A stretch of 64,000 bases of DNA from the NCBI GenBank assembly GCA_012295275.1, contig CM022669.1, positions 3,410,001 to 3,474,000 on the forward strand. Reading direction: 5' to 3'. The stretch's first letter is position 1, and every line of letters starts with the position of its first letter. Origin of the DNA: Chrysomallon squamiferum (lineage: Eukaryota > Animalia > Mollusca). This document shows positions 43,301-53,800 of this stretch, piece by piece. The position numbers and the translations under genes were made by a program. The notes below the pieces were generated by a model that did no database searches, was not told the origin of the DNA, and saw only the letters and a list, made by a program, of their open reading frames with translations.

Positions 43301-46101
43301 ACTGCTAACTTAAAAAGAGGAGACAAAGTCAAACTGATATGGATTTTAAATTACTTGGTAAAAAAAAGAAGAGATAAAAAAAAAAAAAAAAAATGGAAAG
43401 GAGTTAATTCCTTTTTTTTTCTTCTCTAGTTTTCAGTTATATATTAACTTTCTTAACTGACTGGATAAAATAAAAATTAAAGACAAAAATAATTTAATAA
43501 TCTATATCATTTCTCACATTTCTAATAATTTTATTATAATTATTATAATAAATCAGTAGGTATAAATTATTTTAAAGCTTAGACAGATTAACAGCAACAT
43601 TAAGAAACCTTTTTTTTCATAAAACATTAAACTAGTCTAATCTGTCAGATATATTTAAATGTTAGAATAAAAAGTTTTGTCAGTATTTTAATTTCTTTTA
43701 TTTTAAAATATACTTCAATAGTTTCAATTTCTCAAAAACAGTGATCTTGCATTAGAATGTTAAACCATGCTGGTTCTAATTTCACATTTAGAACAACCTA
43801 CTTAATGTGGGTGTTTCTCTGATCATTAGCTTTAAGTGAGGTGTAGATGCGATCGAGAAAACGCTGTCTGTGTCGAACAGCTCCACACTGGAAAGCTCTG
43901 GCTGTTATGTCACCCAGGTGAATGTTCTGACGGTTCAGTGGAGGAAAATGAATCATATCCTTCCCATGAAGTCCTAAAAGTTTTGTTTTTTTAATTAACA
44001 CTCAATGTCGTAATTATGACTTTATCAAATCTGCAATATCCAGTTAATTTCTTGACAACCGAATATTCAAACTTAATGCTAATTATCTAACAAAATTTAA
44101 GTAGCTATTTAAGGATGGATAACAAGAAAAGCCAATGCTGTCCCTCAAATATAAATTAAAATAATCCAAAGTTTATAAATAGCTAACTCCTGTTGTAATC
44201 ATTAACTGTATCTATATTAGTGGCTATGTATTATTAATTTGAAACAAGTAGTTCAGTGTTTTTGGTAATATTAATAGTTAATATTAACTAAGCTGTTCAA
44301 TAAATTAACAGAATGAGTTTAAAATAAAAAGATCTTGCATATGCTTATCAGTGTGGCATGAACCTGAAGCAGTCTTAGGAACTAATTTAGTTAAAATGTC
44401 AAATTGTCAGGCAGTAATTGTGATTAGATTTAATTATTTTCATTGTAGTTTTTAAGTTATCACTTACCACATTCCTTTTTGATGACCTGCAGTAAGACAT
44501 AGGTTGAAAAATCACAGACAAGCTCATAAAACTTGTCTCCTCCAGGAGACAGGAGGACAGACGCTGGAACACGAGGCAGATTGGAGTCTGGCTCCTCCTA
44601 ACAAATACAATAAATACTAATAACTATACAATAATAAATAACAATAAAAAAATAAATAAAAATAAAAATATTTATATATATATATACATACACACACACA
44701 TTTTTAAAAAATATATACAATAATTAGAATACTAAATAATTATACAATTAATACAAAATTATATAAATAGACAACAATTAAAAAAATATGTATGCTATAA
44801 AATATAATGAAACCAAAAATATTCTTGGACTCGATATTAATCATCTGAAAATTTAAAACAAAACAAATTTAATTTTTGTTTTTTAAATAATACAAAAATA
44901 AACCCAACAAAACCAATAATTATAAATTTTTGGCATTGTAATTGTGAAGATTATTTTGAATGCTATGGTTTTATGACATATCACATTAGAAAACTCACCT
45001 TCTGAATGTTTGTGAGCCAGTTGTGACAAACTTTGCGAAACTGAGCTTCTTCTTTCTTATTCTTGATTGGCCAGCAATCTCTGTAAAACCAAGACAGAAA
45101 AAATTAGTTATTTTAAACATATAAACAACAGGAAAAACTAGATATTTTTCACAGAATTCCATTTTGAAAAATTAATAATTAATTTTTAAAAAAAAAAATA
45201 TAATAAAGCGAAAAAACAAATTCAAAATCTTCTTTTCTGAACTGATTAATCTGATTTAAAATTTCTTTTAAAATGGTTACAAAAGAAAGTTTACTGCTAA
45301 AATATTGGATATATGTATATTTTTCATTCTACAAAATTCTGTATAAAATACCTGAACTCTTCATGGCACATAGTAGGATTAAGTCTTTCAAAAAGAAAAT
45401 GAAGCACAGCCTCAGAAGCTGCCTTGCTTGGACGAGTAAACATATCCCTGAAAAACAAAACAAAAATTAAATAATTTCCTCAGAATAATATTTTATTGAC
45501 ATTATAATTATGCTGAGTTGTTAATATACAGAGAACTGTACCAGTAAATAGAGAATTTAAAGTATTAACATACACATATATTGATGATCACTATAAAAGG
45601 AAAATGTTTATCAAAACTGCATATTTGTTTGACATGTTGCACACAATAAAATTAAGAAAGCACGAAAGACCAAAATATACTCCGTTACTAATACTTATAT
45701 ATTTGTTTTCAAAAATTTTAATTTATAGAATTGTAATTTCAGCTGTAAATCTGAACAATAATAATAATAATAAAAAATTAAAACTAAAATAAGTGCAAAA
45801 TGATAAAAAAAAAAGAGTCAGATTATAGTGGAATAAAAATAGCAAAATGTTATGATCATTTGTTTAATAAGGACAGCAGACTGCTGTTAGTGAAATAAAT
45901 GTCTGGCAGTTACATATATTTGCTAAAAGGTTTTAATGTAACTTACTTGTTAAATGGGATTCGAAGAGTGGCTTCATGAGCTGCTGTGTTAAATCCCAGT
46001 AACTTTATGTTGGTCAAGAAAATCTGTTTAACATCCAGAGCAGATGGTATTCTTAAGTCACCCCCACTTGTTTCTGACAATGAATGACCTACCACAGACA
46101 T
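33689..46101 (-). CDS. HAUS6: HAUS augmin-like complex subunit 6 (Dgt6 homolog), ~19 coding exons, ~1223 aa
   Basis: The spliced N-terminus reads ...IFLTNIKLLGF...DMFTRPSKAASEAVLHFLFERLNP...FRDCWPIKNKKEEAQFRKVCHNWL...VLLSPGGDKFYELVCDFSTYV, matching the HAUS6 N-terminal signature (LGF, MF, CWP...FRK..C.W, LSPGG.KF). Exons: 45947-46101, 45352-45447, 44999-45080, 44468-44597, 43802-43973, 43102-43203, 42791-42872, 42444-42614, 42025-42127, 41647-41737, 41215-41317, 39544-39655, 38793-38931, 38104-38335, 37352-37675, 36793-36937, 35721-35882 (DAFVSKDRIARSP), 34048-35271, 33689-33735. All phases agree and the sum is 3672 nt (3n). The terminal exon is less certain. Confidence 0.88.
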
Positions 46102-47499
46102 ATCTAAACTCCAAAATGAAACAACTTCACCTGAAATTTGTGAAAATATTTATAACTGAAGCAATACTGATTGTACATATAAATATATAAAATATATTGA
46201 ATATACCTCTCTAAATAAACATTGTTCAAAGAACCTAAATAGTAAAATTATAGATACTTAAAATAGGAAGTACAGCAGTAATTAGTGTAAGTAATAGGAC
46301 ACTACAAGTAGCTATGTGACTAAAGACGTAAGTGCACAGCTGCAGACGACTGCCCAACTGTTGATGTGTTTTTGACTACCTCAAAGAGTGTTCCCTTACT
46401 TGCATTTCTGTTTCATCATTATTTTTATAGCTTTTCAAAAAAGCAAATATGTATGGTATTCTCAGCCATGATGCAAATGAAAATGATGCAGCTACAGCCA
46501 ATGTCTTACAAGTTCAATATTTCATTTATTTTACTGGGAGACCAAATATTTATGTAGCATAATATGCAGAAATATATGTGGTATGGTGCTTCTGTATCTA
46601 TCAAAAATTCGATTTTCTTAAATAATTAATGCACATTTTTTGATTTTTATGAAATGTTAGATCTGTATAATGAAGGCATAAGTCAAATTAACACTAATTA
46701 TTAATGCTATTAATTAACTGGAGAAACATGAATTTTAGCAAACTGCTTGAATATGTAAAAGATTGAAAAATGATGTTTCTGTACATTGGTTTAATTTTTA
46801 TTGAGCTAATCACTGTTTATATTGCAAAATGACAGAAATGAATCAGTTACTCCATAAATTATGCAGGAAAAATCCACACAAATTTCATTCCAATAAAAAT
46901 GTGTAACTTTTTCATATCAAAAAGCTCTTGTTCATTTTAATATGCATTTTTTGGTTCTTTTTAATGATATATAATGTTTTAGGAAAAATAATGTTTGAAA
47001 ATTGTTGTTACACACCTACTGTAATGTACTATAACTTAGTTACTTAGTATAAATAAGTCTATATAAACCTAAATAATAAATGAGTAAAATTGTAAACACT
47101 TAAAACCGGAAATACAGAAGTAATTAATATATCATCATTATAATGATTATAATTTTTTTAAATATCTATATAAATTTTATATATAATAATATTCATTATA
47201 ATTTTAAATTTATATTGTCATATTCATATTGATAATTCTCATAATCCGTGATCATGGCATGTTTACTAGTATTAATTTACTTATTAATAATATCATTACC
47301 ACCTGTGAATAATTTATGAGCAATATCTAATTTCTAACTATTACGAAGCTGCATAGTATGCTTAATTATTAATAAGTTGCCGTTTTGGACTCTTTGAAAG
47401 GTCCTGTCCAGGCATGACAACAGTGTAAACAACATCAAAAGTAACAGTTATAATCTATTTTTTATTATCCGGACGACGACATTTTATACTTTATGAATA

Positions 47500-48096
47500 C
47501 TCACTGCACTGAGACACAGTTACACTTTTATGTGCAAACACAGATTATCTGTGTTTCCTAAAAATACCTTAAAGTATTGCCATATTCTTGAAATGGCCGC
47601 CAAACGGAATTTCCGGATACGGAAGTAAGGATCAATTTCAAATTTGTCGTTATTGACTTCCTTCATAATGCAGGAGCCTCCGACTTTCAAGAAGTAGTCA
47701 CCAAGTGTTCCAACAAATTAAATGATTTAAATGCTTTAAGTAAAAATTAAACTGCGCTGGTTAACTTAGCATTATCTTCGTACATTAAGCCCTTCTCTTA
47801 GAACATGCACTTCAGGATTCTCATCTTATGTGACATTTGACCATAACGTCATAAAGTAAATATGATGACGTAAAGCTATTGTTTGACAGCCTTTAATACA
47901 TTTTTTTTCTTATTATTTTTTTCACTCTTATCTTCTGTCTCGCGTTAACTTTTCAAGAAGACAAGAAATACAGTTTTCGTTTTCTTTAACGAGGAGTCAC
48001 TGTTTGTGGTAAAGAAAAGAAAAGCTATGACAAGGATACTATCGGACTACCTTTTTCTTTTTTCTTCAGAAAAGTCAAATGGGAAGACAGGTAAGT
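47500..48096. promoter_or_regulatory. Probable bidirectional promoter region for HAUS6 (-) and the ZIP transporter (+)
   Basis: The two genes are head-to-head. CpG density rises here compared with the HAUS6 body. There is a YY1-like AAATGGCCGCC (~47591), ETS-like CGGAA/CGGAAGT motifs (47605-47626) and CRE-like half sites (~47846-47872). Candidate 5'UTR donors are GTGAGT on the minus strand (~47504) and CAG|GTAAGT on the plus strand (48090/48091). The HAUS6 first coding exon has an acceptor at 46131-46132. Confidence 0.55.
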
Positions 48097-48307
48097 GGTT
48101 CACATTACTGATAAATAAATTATATCGTTTTATTCTTACTCTCGAAGTATTTTACTAAATGAAATACATGACACTGTTTAGAGTATATTATAATCATAAT
48201 GTACGAAAGTATACAGCATGAAAAATAAAACAGAGCAAAATGGTGTATCCGTGGTTTCATTCACCTAATTTCGTCTTACTACCAGATACATTAAGATAGA
48301 CTGCATT

Positions 48308-48354
<47 letters not shown>

Positions 48355-49271
48355 AAGCCCACAAAAAAGACCTCACACATATCGATAGACAGCTATTCAA
48401 ATATACAGATACATAAAGAGAGGTAGAGACAGAGTGATACAGAGACAGGAAGAGAAAGAAACGAAGAGAGCGAAAAACAGAAAGAGAGTAAGATGAGAGG
48501 GGGGTATAATTGTAAAACAGTATAAAGATCAGTGACAACAGTTTGACAACAGTTAGCTCCCTTACCTTGGAGAACAACTGTTATCTTTCTGGAGAGGCAG
48601 TGACTGCCAGTTTAGACAGTTGAATAGCTGTTGTAACCATAGTATGATCTACTCCTGTAGATTAACAGCAGTGAGTCGTTTATTATACACTTCGCCACAG
48701 AGAGCAATACTACACCATGATCACTGATACTCGTGGGGTTACTTGTTGGATCGTGAAACAAAAGAAATTATGCAACTAGATAATTTTGTCAAATCACTTC
48801 AAAAACACACACCCCCACACACACAAAACACACCACATGTATATTTATATACCCCTTACATATATATATATGTATGTATGTATGTATGAGTGTATATATA
48901 TTATATATAAAATAATAAGAAGAAGAAAAATAGAAAAATAATACTTCCTGCAGATTAAAGGCATCTTTTATATTTATTTATATACCCCCAACTGGGTCTT
49001 TGTTTTCTTTTCAGCACTGCAACAGTGACTTGGTTTTGTGTACGTGATTTTGTTAACACAGTTAATAGAAATAGAAATGTCCTGCAGTTTTGCCTTCCTT
49101 TGCACAGTTTGATTTGGCTGATATTATAAATACGAATGATTGTATTATTTTTTTTCATTCCGTGAGAACAACAGCTTTTTACAGCTTGTTCTTATGTAGA
49201 TCTTTTAGAAAAACATTATTCTGATTATAAATTAAAAATAATAATAATAATAATAAAAAAGAAGAAGAAAA

Positions 49272-50402
49272 ATGGAAAAAGTGGAAGTAAAAATAATTTC
49301 CAGCGTGGTGTTATTCGTAGTCACTTTGTCGGGAGCGCTTCTTCCGTTTTGGTTTCTGGAGAGCTCTACAGCCAATGGTAGAAAAAAGGTAGACAACAAA
49401 TTAAAACTTCTGAAGAGTTTTGCCGCAGGAATCTTTCTTGGTACGTGCCTGTTACACCTGTTGCCTGAAGCTCGCTCTTCAGTGCTGGAGTTTCTAGGTC
49501 ACAATGATTATCCTCTTACTGAGTTGGTTGTTGGTCTGGGATTCCTTTTACTGTTTGTAATAGAAAACATCGTGTTGTCTTGTCGGTTCGTTGAAGGAAC
49601 TAAATCCACACAAGATACGCCTGTGATGTTTCTGAAAGCTGACGATGCCGTGGTTGTAGGACGCTGTTCACCCGGAGAGCAAGAGTCTGGATCTGTGAGG
49701 TGTGCACACTACGGTACAGTCAGTAATTTAACGAAAATGGAACCGGACACGTTAAATAACAGGAATAGCGCAAGTTCTCCTTCTTTACTACAGGAAAACA
49801 CGGAAAGCTTAAATAAAGAAGTGAACAGTAAGATAATTTATGGGAAAAACGCATCAGCTTCGGATACATTGTCGTTAATTAGAAATTGTGATCAGCATCA
49901 GCATCACCACCTGCATCACGGCTTCCATCACGTCAATATTACCGGTTTTCGATCCATGATGTTACTGCTTGCGCTGTCAATGCACACTATTTTTGACGGG
50001 CTTGTCATAGGCTTGCAGACCACGACAGTTCTCGTATGGACTCTTTTGATAGCTCTCAGCATTCACAAAGCTCTGGTTGCATTTAGTTTAGGTCTGAGCT
50101 TTCTCGAATCACATTACAGAAACACGAAAGAAGCCATCGTGTATATGCTTCTGTTTTCACTCGTAGCACCAGCGGGTGTTGGTGTTGGCACCATTGTCAC
50201 TGAAGCTAGCTTTGACGAAGAAATCAAATCAGGATGTTCTGGAATACTGCAGGCTATAGCCACGGGAACCTTTATGTACGTAACTTTCATGGAAGGGCTG
50301 AAGGAATCATTTGCTGGACAATATCATCTGGTCAATATTTTCTTCGTTATTGTTGGTTTTGGCTGTACGTGTGTCTTGCGTTACTTTGTGAACGATGGCT
50401 GA
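49272..50402 (+). CDS. ZIP (SLC39) zinc/metal transporter, subfamily II (ZIP1/2/3-like), 376 aa, intronless CDS
   Basis: Shows the FAAGIFLGTCLLHLLPE and YPLTELVVGLGFLL N-terminal TMs, a His-rich cytoplasmic loop (HQHHHLHHGFHH), TM4 LALSMHTIFDGLVIG, TM5 IHKALVAFSLG and LQAIATGTFMYVTFME. These are standard ZIP1/ZIP3 motifs. Confidence 0.93.
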   Translation: MEKVEVKIISSVVLFVVTLSGALLPFWFLESSTANGRKKVDNKLKLLKSFAAGIFLGTCLLHLLPEARSSVLEFLGHNDYPLTELVVGLGFLLLFVIENIVLSCRFVEGTKSTQDTPVMFLKADDAVVVGRCSPGEQESGSVRCAHYGTVSNLTKMEPDTLNNRNSASSPSLLQENTESLNKEVNSKIIYGKNASASDTLSLIRNCDQHQHHHLHHGFHHVNITGFRSMMLLLALSMHTIFDGLVIGLQTTTVLVWTLLIALSIHKALVAFSLGLSFLESHYRNTKEAIVYMLLFSLVAPAGVGVGTIVTEASFDEEIKSGCSGILQAIATGTFMYVTFMEGLKESFAGQYHLVNIFFVIVGFGCTCVLRYFVNDG

Positions 50403-50806
50403 AAAGTTCTGTCAACATATTCACAAATAAAACAGTAAAATATTTGTCCCGATCTAAAACAAATACTGGAAAGATAACAAACTTCTGCAACATATCAAAA
50501 AGATGTTTATTTACCAAGATGGCCAAAGTTCTTGTTTGTTTTAAAATGATAAAACAATGTTTGCAATCTTTACATCCATCCGTAAAATGAAAAAACTTTG
50601 AGACTTGACATTTTGTATGATAAACATTAACTTTAAAAAAAATCAGCTGAAAATCAATGAATACTGCTGAATAATTTGTGTCAAGGCAGATTTTGCTCGT
50701 GAGATTTTCACTTCGCATTTGCTAAAAATTAGAAATATAAAAGACTATAATTTATGGGAAACTTTGTTTTTAATATTATTTAATTTTTAAATATGACGAA
50801 ACAACA

Positions 50807-53800
50807 GGTTAGGGTTAGGGTTAGTGTTAGGGTTAGCCACAGAACTAGGGTTATCTAAATTTTATTACAAGTGTTATGCTCAAGTCAGAAATAATATGAG
50901 TGTCACGATAAAAAGTAGCCATAGTATTAGAATTAATGTTGGGAACTAGTGTAGGATTAATTTTTGAAGCTCAGCTAGGGTTAGGGTTAGGGTTAGGGTT
51001 AGATTTAAAGCTAGAGTTACCTAAATTTTATTAAAAGTTTTAAGCTTATGTCAGAAATAATATGAATGTGAAGATTACAAGTAGTGTTAGAATAAGAATT
51101 AATGTTGCGGACTAGAGTAGGATTCGTTTTAGAAGCTCAGCTAGGGTTAGGGCTAGGGTTAGGGTTAGCCCTAGACCTAAGGTTATCTAAATTTTATTAA
51201 GAGTGTTATGCTTATGTCAGAAATAATATGAGAGTGACAATTACAACTACCCTTAGTACAAGAATTAATTTTATGGACTACTTCAGGACTGCTTTTAAAA
51301 GCTCAGCTAGGGTTAGCGTTAGGGTTAGGGTTAGCCCTATACCTAGGGTTATCTAAATTTTATAACGAGTTTTATGCTTATGTCAGAAACAATATGAGTG
51401 TGAAGATTACAACTAGCCTTAGAACAAGAATTAATTTTGCGAACTACTACAGGATTGGTTTTTAATAGCTCAGCTAGGGTTAGGATTAGCGTTAGGGTTA
51501 GGGTTAGCCTTAGAGTTAGGGTTATCTAAATTGTATTAAAAGTGTGATGATTATCTATGAGATAATATGAGTGTAACAATTAAAAGTAGCCTTAGTGAAA
51601 GAATTAATGTTGCGGTCAAGAGTAGGATTTGTTTTCGAAACTGAGCTAGGGTTGGGGCTATGGTTAGAGATCGGGATAGACTTAAAGCTAGGGTTACCTA
51701 AATTTTATTACAAGTGTTACGCTTATGTCAAAAATAATACGAGTGTGAAGATTAGAAGTAGCCATAGAATAAGAATTAATGTTGAGGACTAGAGTAGCAT
51801 TAGTTTTAGATAGCCAGCTAGGGTTAGGGTTAGGGCTCGGGTTAGGGTTAGCCCTAGAGCTACCGTTATATAAAATTTATTACTAGTTTTATGCTTATCT
51901 CAGAAATAATATGAGTGTGAAGTAACGTCAGAATAAGAATTAATGTTGCGGACTAGAGAAGGATCAGTTTTAGAAGCTTAGCTAGGGTTAGGGTTAGGGT
52001 TAGGGTTAGGGTTAGCCTTAAAGCTAAGGCTACCTAAATTTTATTCTTGTTTAATGTTTATGTTAGGAATAATATGACCCTGGAGACTACATGTGGCCTT
52101 AGAACAAGAATTAATGTTCGGGACATCTGTTGGATTACTTTTAGAACCTGAGCTAGGTTCAGGGTTAGGGTTAGGGTTAGGATTAGCCTTAAAGCTAGGG
52201 TTACATAAATTTTATTCGAGTTTGATGCTTCTGTTAGAAATAATATGAGCCTGGAGATTACAGGTAGCCTTAGAAAAAGAAATTAATGGAGCCCTGTTGG
52301 ATTACTTTTTAGAACCTGAGCTTTTGTTGGATTACTTTTAGGACCTCACCTAGGGTTAGGGTTAGGGTTAGTGCTAGGGTTAGTGTTAGGGTTAGCCTTA
52401 AAGCTAGGGTTACCTAAATTTTATTCGAGTTTAATGTTTATGTTAGAAATAATATGACCCTGGAGATTACAAGTAGCCTTAGAATAAGAATTAATGTTCC
52501 GGACTTCTGTTGGATTACTTTTAGAACCTGAGCTAGGTTAGGGTTAGGGTTAGGGTTAGGGTTAGGGTTAGCCTTAAAGCTAGGGTTACCTAAATTTTAT
52601 TCGAGTTTAATGTTTATGTTAGAAATAATATGACCCTGGAGATTGCAATTAGCCTTAGAATAAGAAGTAATGTTCCGGACTCTGTTGGAGAATAAGAATT
52701 AATGTTCCGGACTTCTGTTGGATTACTTTTAGAACCTGAGCTAGGGTTAGGGTTAGGGTTAGGGTTAGGGTTAGGTTAGGGTTAGCCTTAAAGCTAGGGT
52801 TACCTAAATTTTATTCGAGTTTGATGCTTCTGTTACAAATAATATGAGCCTGGAGATTAGAAGTAGCGTTAGAATAAGAATTAATATTCCGGACTAGTGT
52901 AGGATTAGTTTTAGAAGCTTAGCTAGGGTTAGGGTTAGGGTTAGGGTTAGGGTTAGGGTTAGGGTTAGCCTTAAAGCTAGGGTTACCTAAATTTTATTCG
53001 AGTTTAATGTTTATGTTAGGAATAATATGACCCTGGAGACTACATGTGGCCTTAGAACAAGAATTAATGTTCGGGACATCTGTTGGATTACTTTTAGAAC
53101 CTGAGCTAGGTTCAGGGTTAGGGTTAGGATTAGCCTTAGAGCTAGGGTTACCTAGGATTAGCCTTAGAGCTAGGGTTACCTAAATTTTATTCGAGTTTAA
53201 TGTTTATTTTAGAAATAATATGAACTTGGAAACTACAGGTGGCCTTAGAATAAGAATTAATGTTCCGGACTTCTGTTGGATTACTTTTAGAACCTGAGCT
53301 AGGGTTAGGGTTAGGGTTAGGGTTAGGGTTAGGGTTAGGGTTAGCCTTAAAGCTAGGGTTACCTAAATTTTATTCGATTTTGATGCTTCTGTTACAAATA
53401 ATATGATACTGGAGATTAGAAGTAGCGTTAGAATAAGAATTAATATTCCGGACTAGTGTAGGATTAGTTTTAGAAGCTTAGCTAGGGTTAGGGTTAGGGT
53501 TAGGGTTAGGGTTAGCCTTAAAGCTAGGGTTACCTAAATTTTATTCGAGTTTAATGTTTATGTTAGGAATAATATGACCCTGGAGACTACATGTGGCCTT
53601 AGAACAAGAATTAATGTTCGGGACATCTGTTGGATTACTTTTAGAACCTGAGCTAGGTTCAGGGTTAGGGTTAGGATTAGCCTTAGAGCTAGGGTTACAT
53701 AAATTTTGTTCGAGTTTGATGTTTCTGATAGAAATAATATGAGACTGGAGATTACAAGTACCCTTAGAAAAAGAATTAATGTTCCTAGCTTTTGTTGGAT

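Noticed and set aside
48079-48090. ATGGGAAGACAG|GTAAGT as an upstream coding exon of the ZIP gene
   Set aside because: Splicing to the candidate acceptors at 49199 or 49208 meets in-frame stops before 49272, so it is more likely a 5'UTR exon or uORF.
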